From: Saprolegnia diclina VS20
Lineage: Eukaryota
DNA length: 41,531 nt
Assembly: GCF_000281045.1 (NCBI RefSeq)
Contig: NW_008246086.1
Coordinates: 359,058-400,588, forward strand
Direction: 5' to 3'
The first letter of the stretch is position 1. Each line of letters starts with the position of its first letter. A model generated the notes under the pieces. That model saw only the letters and a program-made list of their open reading frames with translations, was not told the origin of the DNA and did no database searches. The translations under genes and the position numbers were made by a program. Positions 29,052 to 40,245 of the stretch are shown in pieces.

Positions 29052-30130
29052 TTACTTGGCAGTAGTAGCACTCTGCCGGCCTTGGAAATGGTTCATGCCG
29101 TCGCGGCCGCCACCGAGGCTGAGGACAAGATCCATGACAGCCACGGGCAAGAGTCGGACGCCGCGCGTGACGAGCGGCAAGACCCAGCGGTGCCACGACC
29201 GCGCACACGTGAGAAGCTCGTAGTCCTTGCACTCGATGCTCTCGATGACGGTCGCGACAACGTCATCGACCGTGATCATCGGAATCAAGTAGGTGTGGAC
29301 AAAGCGCGGCCACCAGTGGTCCGAGGTGAAGATGCCGCGGAACATGCCGCTGTCGACCCCCATGGGGCACACGAGGAGCGTATGCACGCCGGGTTTACCC
29401 AAATGCTGGAGCTCCATGCGCACTAGTACAGACACTTGAGTCAGCGTCACGAGGATGGCGTCGTACGGGCTTCGTGAAACCCGACGGACGCAAACTTGGA
29501 GCTGCAATAGTCGGTGAGCCGCGCCGCGCCGTTCTGCCCCATCTACATTGTCGTATTAGCTTCACGGTCGATGCGTCAAGAGGCCTTACGATCGAGGCCA
29601 TGGTCACAATCATGCCATTGTTGCGTGCGAGCATGGACGGCAGCACGGCTTGCGTGGTCCAAAAATGGGCGAGCGTGTTGACGCCAAAGATTTTCTGGAC
29701 TTGGTCGTGGGTCAAGTCGAGAAGCGGCTTGCCGTGGACGATGCCAGCATTGTTGATGAGCACGTCGACGTTGCGCCCGAGAGCGGCGACGACCTCGGCC
29801 AAGCAGGTGACAACGCGCCTAGTTGAATGCGTGAGCATCCCGTCATTCGCGCATAGTGCCGTACGCGTGGTCGGACACGTCGCACACAAAGGTGTGGCTC
29901 AGACGCGGGTACTCGCGGGCGAGCGTCTCGAGGCTACCTGCGTCCACGTCCACGCAAGCCACGATAGCACCCTTCTGCGCCATGGCGATGGCCAAGCCGC
30001 GCCCGATGCCCGAGGCGGCGCCGGTGATGACGACGACCTTGTCCTTCAGATCAAAGAGCTGGCGGCGCGGCCATAGCAGGAGAAGGAGGGCACCGACGAC
30101 GACGGCGACGACGACATGAGCAGCGTCCAT
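29052..30130 (-). CDS. Short-chain dehydrogenase/reductase with N-terminal membrane anchor (SDR16C/retinol dehydrogenase-like)
   Basis: Hydrophobic N-terminus, VITGAASGIG, INNAGI, VNTLAHFWT and catalytic YCSSK after splicing. Introns 29819-29864, 29543-29589 and 29423-29466. Confidence 0.92.
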
Positions 30131-30769
30131 CGTCTCTGCGTGTTGACGCACCTTGTTGACGCCCCACGATGCAGCGGCATATGATTGGTGCCTTTTCAGC
30201 CAATGGCATCATCGCAATCGAGATCGGGAAAGCTGCTCTTCGCTGTTGCCCTCTCCTTCGACACGGCGACGAGGCAGTGGAGCAGCGTACTTGATCTCCA
30301 TCACGAGCAATAAGTCCTGCTACCACAGAACTGAGTGAAATGCACTACTTGACCACCGTTGAAAACATCGGGACCGAATAAGCGCCAAAGCTGCCATACC
30401 CTTGGGGCTTCCATCGAAACGCTCTTTACAGCGAGCTCGTCGCGGCAACCTTCGTGAGTTTAGCACACCAATGTAGTCTTGGTCGACGCTGAAGACTTGA
30501 ATACGGCCGCACAACTTGTCCAGAGAGTACTCGCGAAGGCGTATCGTCTCGTTCCGAGATGACACAGAAGTTTCATCCACTGTTTTGCGATCTGCACCAC
30601 GCGTATAGCTCGCGTTGCTGTGCCAAGACGTTGGTCAACGAACCGACTGCAGTGAGCTGCATTTAAGCAAAAAGGACCGGTGCTTCCATCCCACGCACCG
30701 TCCACGGAAGCTCCTTCTGCCCAAGCTGCTTCCACGCAACGTGAACTTTCGCGAGTCGTTCGCTCGTAT

Positions 30770-30844
30770 CTCTCTACCTACGAGGTGCTTTGGCTCTCTA
30801 CCTACGAGGTGCTTTGGCTCTCTACCTACGAGGTGCTTTGGCTC
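30770..30844. repeat. Perfect 24-bp tandem repeat x3 (CTCTCTACCTACGAGGTGCTTTGG)
   Basis: Identical units start at 30770, 30794 and 30818, followed by a partial CTC. No spacers. Confidence 0.97.
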
Positions 30845-31001
30845 ATGGGCCAAGGTTCGGCCACGTCATCGAAGGGGCCTGACGACCAAGTGTTCTGACG
30901 CCGACCAAGTTGAAGTCGGTGGCCACTCACATCAGACCGTTGTGAAACCAACCTCTGGAAATGAATATGCGAATTCTATTTTGAGAGGAACATATCTTTT
31001 T

Positions 31002-31017
31002 GCTCATTTCAAGATTT
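31002..31017 (+). promoter_or_regulatory. Oomycete-type INR+FPR core promoter of transketolase 1
   Basis: GCTCATTTCAAGATTT fits the consensus GCYCATTYBNNNWTTY and ends 20 nt before the ATG at 31038. Confidence 0.75.
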
Positions 31018-31037
31018 CCACCGACCACGACCGCAGG

Positions 31038-33113
31038 ATGAGCCCGTTGACCGCCGCCGAAGAGACGCTGTGCGTCAACACGGTGCGCATGCTCGGCGCC
31101 GACCAGCCGACGGCCGGCAAGTCGGGCCACCCCGGCGCGCCCATGGGCTGCGCGCCCATGGCCCACACGCTCTTTGGCAAGGTCATGCGGTTCAACCCGA
31201 GCAACCCCAAGTGGGCCAACCGCGACCGCTTCGTGCTCTCCAACGGCCATGCGTGCGCGCTCCAGTACTCGATGCTGCACCTCACGGGCTACGACGTGCC
31301 GATCGAGAGCCTCAAGTCGTTCCGCCAGTGGGGCTCCAAGTGCCCGGGCCACCCCGAGAACTTTTGCACGCCCGGCGTCGAGGTCTCAACCGGTCCGCTT
31401 GGCCAAGGTCTCTCGAACGCGGTCGGTCTCGCGATCGCCGAGAAGCACTTGGCCGCCGAGTTCAACAAGGACGGCCACAACATTGTCGACCACTACACGT
31501 ACGTCATTTGCGGCGACGGCTGCATGCAGGAGGGCGTCACGTCCGAGGCGTCGTCGCTCGCGGGCCACCTCGGCCTCGGCAAGCTCATTGTCTTGTACGA
31601 CGACAACTTGATCACGATCGACGGCCACACGGACATTTCGTTCACGGAAGATGTCGCCAAGCGCTACGAAGCGTACAACTGGCACGTGCAGGTGGTCGAC
31701 GACGGCAACTACGATTTCGAGGCGCTCCACAAGGCCGTGCTCGCCGCCAAGGCCGTCACGGACAAGCCGTCGCTCATCAAGATCCGCACGACGATCGGTC
31801 TCGGCTCCAAGATTGAAAACACGCACTCGGTGCACGGCGCGCCGCTCAAGGCCGACGACACGGCGTCGATCAAGGAGAAGTTTGGCCTGAAGAACGAACC
31901 GTTCTTCATTCCGGACGTGGCCCGCGAATACTATGACCGCCGCGCGGTCGGCGCGTCGCAGGAGGCCGAGTGGCAGGCGCGCTTGGACGCGTACGCCGCT
32001 GCATACCCGGTGGAAGCCGCCGAGTTTGTCCGCCGCATGGAGGGCCGTCTTCCGGACGGCTGGAAGGCCAACTTTCCGACGTTCTCGCCCGAAGACAAGG
32101 GCCTCGCGACGCGCCAGTTCTCCGAGAAGGCGCTCAACGCCGCCGCCGCGGCCTTGCCCGAGCTCGTCGGCGGCTCGGCCGACCTCACGCCGTCGAACCT
32201 GACCAAGCTGACCATGTCGGGCGACTTCCAGAAGGACACGCCGATCGGCCGGTACCTGCGCTTTGGCGTCCGCGAGCACGGCATGGCGGCGATCTGCAAC
32301 GGCCTCTTTGCCCACGGCGGCGTGCGTCCGTTCTGCGCGACGTTCTACAACTTTATCGGGTACGCGCTCGGGGCGGTCCGCGTCTCGGCGCTCTCGCAGT
32401 TTGGCGTGCTCTACATTGCGACCCACGACAGCATCTTCCTCGGCGAAGACGGCCCGACGCACCAGCCGATCGAGATGAACGCGTCGCTGCGGTCGATGCC
32501 CAACATGTTTCTCTACCGTCCGGCCGACGGCAACGAGGTCTCGGGCGCCTACATTGACGCGATCGAGCACCAGACGCAGACGTCGGTGCTGACGTTTACG
32601 CGCCAGGGCGTGCCCAACCTCCATGGCTCGTCGGCCGACAAAGTGGCCCGCGGCGCCTACGTCCTCCAGAACATCGTCAACGGCAAGCGGGACCTCAAAT
32701 ACAACGGCAAGCCCGACCTCGTCATGATCGCGACCGGCTCGGAAGTCTCGCTTGCGATCGAGGCGGCGACGCTCCTCCCGGACAAGGTTGTCCGCATCGT
32801 CTCGGCGCCGTGCGTCGACATCTTTGAAAAGGCGTCGGTCGACTACAAGAAGGAGGTGCTCCTCGAGGGTGTCCCGATTCTCAGCGTCGAGGCGGCGTCG
32901 ACGTACGGCTGGGACCGCTTCTCGCACTTGCAGTTTGGTCTCGACCGCTTTGGCGCGTCGGCGACGATCGAGCAGCTCCGCGAACACTTTGGCTTTAACG
33001 CGCCGGCCGTCGCCGCCGAGGCGCAAAACCTCCTCGACTTCTACGCTGGCCGCGCCGTGCCATCGCTCTTTGACGTACCGGCCCGCCGCGTCGTCAAGGA
33101 TGGCCACCATTAG
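31038..33113 (+). CDS. TKT: Transketolase copy 1 (691 aa)
   Basis: [30 protein letters not shown]-binding GDGCMQEG...[37 protein letters not shown] and DRFGASA. Intronless. Confidence 0.97.
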   Translation: MSPLTAAEETLCVNTVRMLGADQPTAGKSGHPGAPMGCAPMAHTLFGKVMRFNPSNPKWANRDRFVLSNGHACALQYSMLHLTGYDVPIESLKSFRQWGSKCPGHPENFCTPGVEVSTGPLGQGLSNAVGLAIAEKHLAAEFNKDGHNIVDHYTYVICGDGCMQEGVTSEASSLAGHLGLGKLIVLYDDNLITIDGHTDISFTEDVAKRYEAYNWHVQVVDDGNYDFEALHKAVLAAKAVTDKPSLIKIRTTIGLGSKIENTHSVHGAPLKADDTASIKEKFGLKNEPFFIPDVAREYYDRRAVGASQEAEWQARLDAYAAAYPVEAAEFVRRMEGRLPDGWKANFPTFSPEDKGLATRQFSEKALNAAAAALPELVGGSADLTPSNLTKLTMSGDFQKDTPIGRYLRFGVREHGMAAICNGLFAHGGVRPFCATFYNFIGYALGAVRVSALSQFGVLYIATHDSIFLGEDGPTHQPIEMNASLRSMPNMFLYRPADGNEVSGAYIDAIEHQTQTSVLTFTRQGVPNLHGSSADKVARGAYVLQNIVNGKRDLKYNGKPDLVMIATGSEVSLAIEAATLLPDKVVRIVSAPCVDIFEKASVDYKKEVLLEGVPILSVEAASTYGWDRFSHLQFGLDRFGASATIEQLREHFGFNAPAVAAEAQNLLDFYAGRAVPSLFDVPARRVVKDGHH

Positions 33114-33925
33114 GCAGTAGGGTACGGCGAGACTTATGCTTGCTAATGCTACTCCGTGTTCTCGATTCGAAATCGGAGGAGCGAGCGTCCTACTGATGGC
33201 AGTGACGTCGGTTCCATGCAACGACACTGGCCACACCACTGGTTCATGTCGCGTCGTCACCGCACGTCGGACAGATCATCGGACGTACGTCGGACAGGGA
33301 CGTCGGACAGGGCAAACATCGCCGAATCTTGTTCGATCGTCTAGTGCTTTTACTAACTTTGCTTGTCTCGGGGCTGTCGCGGCGGGATCGTATGCGCTGG
33401 CGCCACATCCCGTCGAAGCCACAGTACGTACAGATGGAGTCGGCCGGTGCGACAGCGGCCCTCGTGAATTCTTTCCTCTCGCTTCTTGGTCGTTGAAGTT
33501 TCGTTTGGACGGGGAGCGTCCCGCCTCGTTGTAAGGTTTGGCACAGCGACAGCGGCGGCCAACCTGCCGTGGAGCTAGTAGTGTGCAGTGCACTAGGTAG
33601 TATGTAGCCGCTGGACGCTTCTATCGCAATTGAGGGGCAGTAATTGCGCTGCGAAGGCAGCGGGCGAGTCAAAACTCACCCAACCATCCGCATGCACCCA
33701 AATGGCCTTGCCACGTCATGACCCACTTTTGCGACATGTGCGAACCACTGTATGAACCACTGGAATTATTTTATTGTCCGACGTTGCCACATACAAATAC
33801 CAAGTGCAGCGTGAAAAAAGAGTATAAAAAATGGTCCGCGGCGATTTCCGGATAAGAAGTGCACTTTGATCCGGATGACCGCCATGGTGGAAGTTAAACG
33901 GCAAGATGGAAGGTCACTTTTCAAG

Positions 33926-34913
33926 ATGAGCTTCCAAGCCGAGCCGACGACGAGCGTGGTCTCGCTGCCTGTCGTGGCCGCCCCGACGATCGGGACCAAG
34001 ATCGTATTGGCAGGCATCGCCAACGCGAGCGCGGCTGCGATCACCAACCCGATCGACGTCTTGAAGGTCCGCATGCAGCTCGAAGGCGAGCTCGCTGCGT
34101 CGCGCGAGATGCCCCGCCGGTACCCGAGCTTCGTTGGCGGCGCCCGCACCATCTTTGGCAACGAAGGCATCCGTGGCTTTTACAAGGGCCTGCTGCCGTC
34201 GGTGGTCCGCGACGGTTTTTACTCGGGCATCCGCCTCGGCGCGTACGAGCCGATGAAGGAGCTCCTCGGGGCCACCGACCCGCACCACACGCCGCTCTAC
34301 CTCAAGGTCGTCGCTGGCGCGCTCACGGGTGCGTTCGGTAGCGCGCTCGCCAACCCGACGGACCTCGTCAAGATCCGCATGCAAGGCGAAGGCACGCGCT
34401 ACAACAGCGTCCGGTCTGCGGTCGAGGACATCGTGGCGCACGACGGCGTCAAGGGGCTCTGGAAGGGCGTCGGGCCGACCATGAAGCGCGCGGCGCTCCT
34501 CACGGCGTCGCAGATCCCGACGTACGACCATGCCAAGCACACGCTGCTCAACAACGAGATCATGGAAGAAGGCTTTGCGCTCCACGCGGTGTGCAGCATG
34601 CTCGCCGGTTTTATGGCGGCGACTGTCACCTCTCCAGGTATGCGCATCCTGCTCTGTCGTCCATCGTGGCTCATCTATGGTCGTAGTTGATGTCATCAAG
34701 ACGCGCATGATGACGCAGTGCCGGCGCGTCAACTGCAACGACACCATGTACCATGGCACACTCGACGCCTTCCGCAAGATCACGGCGGGCGAAGGCATTC
34801 GCGGGCTCTACAAGGGCTGGTTCCCCAACTGGATGCGTCTCGGCCCGCACACGATGATCACGCTCGTCATCTTTGAGGAACTGCGCACGGCCGCGGGCCT
34901 CCCGCCGCTCTAA
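33926..34913 (+). CDS. Mitochondrial carrier (SLC25), UCP/dicarboxylate-oxoglutarate carrier-like branch
   Basis: Three PX[DE]XX[KR]X[KR] signatures: PIDVLKVR, PTDLVKIR and PVDVIKTR (the last across intron 34638-34686). Also GIRLGAYE and WMRLGP. Start at MSFQAEP, preceded by INR-like TCACTTT; upstream in-frame ATGs exist. Confidence 0.93.
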
Positions 34914-35536
34914 CTGTCTCGTTCTCGTCGTCGAGTCGTAGTAAGCTTGCTTGTTGTCCTTCTTCATCCGCGAGTCGTTGTTGGTGGGTGCAGCGTACGA
35001 AGGGTCGGTCGAGGGCGACATGCTCCTGGCTACTAGCCGCGCCTCCTCTTTCCCTCCCATAGAACGTACAGGTGGGACAGGCGAGTATCCTGTATACAGG
35101 AAAATACACTGTTTCGTTTCGGACCATGTTGAAGTTGGTGCTCCATCTGAGAGAAAATCAGACCATGCGTCCCAAGACCACGTCCCAAACGCTCGTTCAC
35201 GAGCACCGATGATCGGCATCCGTGCTTGGCAATTGCATCGTCCTTGGCTCCGACGCACAGAGGTCCGTCGTTGACAACTCGGTCGTCGACGAGGCCAACA
35301 GGCGCCGTCCAGCGGCCGACCAGTTGCCCTTGCAGTAAACATGTCATATGAGCTGGACGGCGACAGGAACGAGCTGGTGCAGTAGTGGGAGCTCTCAACG
35401 CTTTATCGTGACGGGCGGTGCTTGCGGTGTTGTTGATCTAGAACCTTCACCATCTCGACCGTGAACACGGTCCTTGCGCTTTGTACGCTGCATGTCCAAG
35501 ACTAGTATAATCCAAATTGTAAGCTTAGCTGCACAT

Positions 35537-37609
35537 TTAGTGGTGGCCTTCCTTGACGACGCGGCGGGCCGGCACGTCAAAGAGCGATGGCACGGCGCGG
35601 CCAGCGTAGAACGCCAACAACTTCTGCGCCTCGGCGGCGACCGCCGGCGCGTTAAAGCCAAAGTGTTCGCGGAGCTGCTCGATCGTCGCCGACGCGCCAA
35701 AGCGGTCGAGACCAAACTGCAGGTGCGAGAAGCGGTCCCAGCCGTACGTCGACGCCGCCTCGACGCTGAGAATCGGGACACCCTCGAGGAGCACCTCCTT
35801 CTTGTAGTCGACCGACGCCTTTTCAAAGATGTCGACGCACGGCGCCGAGACGATGCGGACAACCTTGTCCGGGAGGAGCGTCGCCGCCTCGATCGCGAGC
35901 GAGACTTCCGAGCCGGTCGCGATCATGACGAGATCGACAGCGCCAGCGAAAGCGACAACAACCTCGCCACGGACAACCGGCGAGAGCACGTACGCACCGA
36001 GCGCAACCTTCGCCGCCGACGAGCCATGGAGGTTGGGCACGCCCTGGCGCGTAAACGTCAGCACCGACGTCTGCGTCTGGTGCTCGATCGCGTCAATGTA
36101 GGCGCCCGAGACCTCGTTGCCGTCGGCCGGACGGTAGAGAAACATGTTGGGCATCGACCGCAGCGACGCGTTCATCTCGATCGGCTGGTGCGTCGGGCCG
36201 TCCTCACCGAGGAAGATGCTGTCGTGGGTCGCAATGTAGAGCACGCCAAACTGCGAGAGCGCCGAGACGCGGACCGCCCCGAGCGCGTACCCGATAAAGT
36301 TGTAGAACGTCGCGCAGAACGGACGCACGCCGCCGTGGGCAAAGAGGCCGTTGCAGATCGCCGCCATGCCGTGCTCGCGGACGCCAAAGCGCAGGTACCG
36401 GCCGATCGGCGTGTCCTTCTGGAAGTCGCCCGACATGGTCAGCTTGGTCAGGTTCGACGGCGTGAGGTCGGCCGAGCCGCCGACGAGCTCGGGCAAGGCC
36501 GCGGCGGCGGCGTTGAGCGCCTTCTCGGAGAACTGGCGCGTCGCGAGGCCCTTGTCTTCGGGCGAGAACGTCGGAAAGTTGGCCTTCCAGCCGTCCGGAA
36601 GACGGCCCTCCATGCGGCGGACAAACTCGGCGGCTTCCACCGGGTATGCAGCGGCGTACGCGTCCAAGCGCGCCTGCCACTCGGCCTCCTGCGACGCGCC
36701 GACCTCGCGGCGGTCATAGTACTCGCGGGCCACGTCCGGGACAAAGAACGGTTCGTTCTTCAGGCCAAACTTCTCCTTGATCGACGCCGTGTCGTCGGCC
36801 TTGAGCGGCGCGCCGTGCACCGAGTGCGTGTTTTCAATCTTGGAGCCGAGACCGATCGTCGTGCGGATCTTGATGAGCGACGGCTTGTCCGTGACGGCCT
36901 TGGCGGCGAGCACGGCCTTGTGGAGCGCCTCGAAATCGTAGTTGCCGTCGTCGACCACCTGCACGTGCCAGTTGTACGCTTCGTAGCGCTTGGCGACATC
37001 TTCCGTGAACGAAATGTCCGTGTGGCCGTCGATCGTGATCAAGTTGTCGTCGTACAAGACAATGAGCTTGCCGAGGCCGAGGTGGCCCGCGAGCGACGAC
37101 GCCTCGGACGTGACGCCCTCCTGCATGCAGCCGTCGCCGCAAATGACGTACGTGTAGTGGTCGACAATGTTGTGGCCGTCCTTGTTGAACTCGGCGGCCA
37201 AGTGCTTCTCGGCGATCGCGAGACCGACCGCGTTCGAGAGACCTTGGCCAAGCGGACCAGTCGAGACCTCGACGCCGGGCGTGCAAAAGTTCTCGGGGTG
37301 GCCCGGGCACTTGGAGCCCCACTGGCGGAACGACTTGAGGCTCTCGATCGGCACGTCGTAGCCCGTGAGGTGCAGCATCGAGTACTGGAGCGCGCACGCG
37401 TGGCCGTTGGAGAGCACGAAGCGGTCGCGGTTGGCCCACTTGGGGTTGCTCGGGTTGAAGCGCATGACCTTGCCAAAGAGCGTGTGGGCCATGGGCGCGC
37501 AGCCCATGGGCGCGCCGGGGTGGCCCGACTTGCCGGCCGTCGGCTGGTCGGCGCCGAGCATGCGCACCGTGTTGACGCACAGCGTCTCTTCTTCGTGGGT
37601 CAGGGCCAT
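35537..37609 (-). CDS. TKT: Transketolase copy 2 (690 aa)
   Basis: Same motifs as copy 1 and near-identical in nucleotide sequence, in inverted orientation. Start MALTHEEETLC. Confidence 0.97.
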   Translation of the reverse strand: MALTHEEETLCVNTVRMLGADQPTAGKSGHPGAPMGCAPMAHTLFGKVMRFNPSNPKWANRDRFVLSNGHACALQYSMLHLTGYDVPIESLKSFRQWGSKCPGHPENFCTPGVEVSTGPLGQGLSNAVGLAIAEKHLAAEFNKDGHNIVDHYTYVICGDGCMQEGVTSEASSLAGHLGLGKLIVLYDDNLITIDGHTDISFTEDVAKRYEAYNWHVQVVDDGNYDFEALHKAVLAAKAVTDKPSLIKIRTTIGLGSKIENTHSVHGAPLKADDTASIKEKFGLKNEPFFVPDVAREYYDRREVGASQEAEWQARLDAYAAAYPVEAAEFVRRMEGRLPDGWKANFPTFSPEDKGLATRQFSEKALNAAAAALPELVGGSADLTPSNLTKLTMSGDFQKDTPIGRYLRFGVREHGMAAICNGLFAHGGVRPFCATFYNFIGYALGAVRVSALSQFGVLYIATHDSIFLGEDGPTHQPIEMNASLRSMPNMFLYRPADGNEVSGAYIDAIEHQTQTSVLTFTRQGVPNLHGSSAAKVALGAYVLSPVVRGEVVVAFAGAVDLVMIATGSEVSLAIEAATLLPDKVVRIVSAPCVDIFEKASVDYKKEVLLEGVPILSVEAASTYGWDRFSHLQFGLDRFGASATIEQLREHFGFNAPAVAAEAQKLLAFYAGRAVPSLFDVPARRVVKEGHH

Positions 37610-37625
37610 CTTTGCAGTTGGAGGC

Positions 37626-37639
37626 AAAAGCGGAAATGA
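37626..37639 (-). promoter_or_regulatory. INR+FPR core promoter of transketolase 2
   Basis: Minus-strand TCATTTCCGCTTTT fits YCATTYYNNNWTTY and ends 16 nt before the ATG at 37609. Confidence 0.65.
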
Positions 37640-38637
37640 CGTCGAGGATGATGTGGAAGACCCTGCTATGCAACAAAAAGATTGGGCTTGCCACCACGCG
37701 ATGGTCATGCGGCTAATCGCACGCAACTTGGCGTCCCGATGGCGGGTTTTCGCAGCGACGAGCGAGCTCTCGTCGACAGCCAAACAGTACGACACTCCAA
37801 AGCATGTACTCTGTACGGTAGTAGCCGCTCGCCCTCGATGGCGAAAAGGAGCCGTCGGCTGGTTGGGTGATCGTTGCGTTCCTATCGTTGAGCGAGGAGG
37901 AGGGACGCTTTCACGAGCGCCCCATGGCTCGCAGGGCTGTAGAGCAGGTGTACGCGTTGACGCAAGGCTTTTGCGTAAGCGAACGTGGCTATGCGTGGCG
38001 TGGCGGTCCGTCGGGACTGTGGCCATGGCGATGCAAGCCACAAAGAGTTGGGTGGCTTTAGCGTCTGGCAGCGCGGGGGAATCTTCGCGAGCGTCGAGCA
38101 ATCGACTTGGTGTTTGTATGCACGTGTCGCAGATCGAACGGGCGGCCCTCCCGCCGGTGTTTTATTGGCTCCTGACCCACGTTGAAGCTGCTGGTCCATT
38201 TGGCGGTGGCCGCTTGGATAAACTTGACGCGGCCCTGCGAAGTGGGCCGCTGTAGCGCTGCCACCTCTCCGGTCCATGGTGCATGTAGCAGCCATGAACC
38301 CGATAAGAACTCGGATAAGAATTGCAGTCTTGTTGTTTGCCTCGTGGAAAAAGCCCACTCAAGTTCCGAAGTCGCGAAGGGCCGCGATCTTGCCTACGTC
38401 GTCGCGCTTCCCAGGTGATGCTCCAGCACAAAAGGATAAGCTACGCGTGCCAGCGCGCCAATGAGCCAGCGCCATCAGATACAGCCGCGGATGACGTAGC
38501 CGTGAGGCTGATCCGACGCATTAAATATAGTGTGTTGGCAGAGTCGGAGCGAGTTTGGCAACAGCGCCAGGAGGCAGGCGCTGCGTCGACGGCCAAGGTG
38601 TCTACGGACGCGCGCCTTGCAGAGAAAGGTTCATGAC

Positions 38638-38702
38638 GGGCACGCAAGCCATGCAACTTCAACGCCATGGGCACGCAAGCCATGCGACTTCAACGCCATG
38701 GG
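38638..38702. repeat. 31-bp tandem duplication with 1 mismatch
   Basis: GGGCACGCAAGCCATGC(A/G)ACTTCAACGCCAT at 38638 and 38669, followed by GGG. Confidence 0.92.
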
Positions 38703-38838
38703 AGCTGTCGCAGGCGGCGTGTAGCATACCTCCCACAACACGCCCTCTCCGCGGCGTTGGCTGGCTGCTGCTGATAGCTATAGGCCCCGCACGGACGCTC
38801 GGAGCGAACAAGGACAAGTTGCATGGCATAGTGGGCGT

Positions 38839-39476
38839 TTACTTATTGACACTCTTGGTCGCGATACGCGTCACGATCGCGTCGGTGAGCGACGACGCCG
38901 TGAGCTCGACGTCCGTGATCTTGTAGTGCTTCTTGAGCTGCTGCAAGGTGGCTGGCGTCACGTGGCTAGGGCTTTCGAGGCCCGCAACATCGACGAGCGT
39001 GCCCTGGACGAGACGGCGCATTTCGTCGAGCTTGGCTGCATCCGCGTCAAAGGCGCAGATGAGCAGCTTCGTCGTCGCCGCGCTAATGCCAAACCGCCGC
39101 AGCGAATCTGTGACGTTGCGCGAGCCCGAGAGGTTGTACACGAGCTCCGAGTGGAGCGTGTTGGTCAGGAGCGCGTTGTTTTGGCTGCTAAGAAGCGTGC
39201 GCGACGCCGCCGCATGCAGCGGAAAGAGGCCCGTCACCTAGGATAAAGCTACATGAGCGGCGAGGCCACAGCTGCGGCGCACCATCTCGGCGTTGATGAG
39301 GGAAAAGTCGATGGTCTGCGCAAGGAGCTGCGAGAGGAGCTCGCCGGCGTTTGTGACGTCGTGGAAGAGACCCACGTGAAGCGTTCTAGAGCGCGCATGA
39401 GGCTTGGCATGTCCATGGAGCCACCGCCGTCGTACCTGCCCGGGAAGAGCTCGTACGTGTAGACTTGGACGGACAT
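38839..39476 (-). CDS. CGI121: KEOPS/EKC complex subunit CGI-121 (TPRKB)
   Basis: Spliced product MSVQVYTYELFPGRTLHVGLFHDVTNAGEL...LINAEMVTGLFPLHAA...TNTLHSELVYNLSGSRNVTDSLRRFGIS...LKKHYKI...IVTRIATK. Introns 39386-39435 and 39238-39282. Confidence 0.9.
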
Positions 39477-40245
39477 CGTTGGCACCAACAAAATTGCCTC
39501 CGGGACGTGTTCCGGATACAAAGATCGGGATTTACGGATACCATCGCCTCTCTGGCAGGTTTTCCGGATGCCGTGCCACACATTCCCCACATTATTCACA
39601 TTCTACACGCGTGTGCGGTCACGCGTGAAAAAGATGGAAACGGTGGTTTTTGTGTTTCGCACACCAGTCAACGGTGTTCACTCGGTTTCACACCGGTGTG
39701 AGGGCTCGGTCAGCACATATTGTGGTTATCCACGCTCAAGTCCCTTCCGCGATGCCTTGAGTAGCAACGGCGTTTATGAGCTGAGCATTAACTTGGATGC
39801 GCGAACACTTCTTCCGTGCTTCGTGGTGGTCATGGGGGGCTGGCGTATCGGGAAGCTATCATACGTCCTCGGTTTGGAGTGAAAATGGCGGTAGCCGTCC
39901 TGGTAGCTGTCGGTATTGACCGTGCAGCTCTTAAACGGCTAGGCTATGGCGGACGAGACTGCCGACAACGAGCGAAATACAGTACATGTTGGCTTCCATT
40001 CCAGCGTGAGATGGTGAGGCCAAGGTTCTGGTTCCTCGCGGCAGTTGGGAAGCACGCATGGTCAACCGGCACGTTGTGCCCCGCGCCGCCGTCAGAAAGA
40101 AGCTGCAATGGGGCAACTTGCCCGTGGCAAGCCTCTCAACTGGCGGATCGTTCAACCAATCAAAGCCCACCGAATATAGAACGGCCAATCAGATGCGTTT
40201 GCAACCGTCGCGAGCTTTCCTCAGTTTGCGATTTGATATCCAGGC

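Larger units (their letters stand above)
31038..37609. repeat. ~2.07-kb inverted repeat (the two transketolase CDSs) around a 2,423-bp spacer
   Basis: Arms 31038-33113 and 35537-37609. Homologous positions sum to 68650. Similarity stops at the CDS ends. Confidence 0.95.

Noticed and set aside
30770..30844. 24-bp direct repeats as a CRISPR array
   Set aside because: The units are directly adjacent with no spacers, there are no cas genes, and the context is eukaryotic.
30615..31037. 141-aa N-terminal extension of transketolase 1 as a targeting peptide
   Set aside because: It begins at a non-ATG codon and runs through the tandem repeat. An INR+FPR at 31002 places the TSS just before ATG 31038.
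33264..33312. Short GTCGGACAG repeats downstream of transketolase 1
   Set aside because: Only three or four imperfect ~9-bp units, with no supportable function.
34671..35398. Minus-strand ORFs in the spacer downstream of the carrier
   Set aside because: They overlap the carrier's last exon or have non-ATG starts, and show no recognisable motif or supportable exon structure.
31038..37609. Inverted repeats as transposon TIRs or a composite transposon
   Set aside because: The arms are exactly the transketolase CDSs. No transposase or target-site duplication was seen.
31386..37639. Long antisense ORFs (624 aa at 31386-33260 and 721 aa at 35474-37639)
   Set aside because: These are shadow ORFs opposite highly GC3-biased transketolase CDSs, which lack antisense stop codons.
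37610..38101. N-terminal extension of transketolase 2
   Set aside because: It has no similarity to copy 1 or to transketolases, and an INR+FPR-like element sits immediately upstream of ATG 37609.
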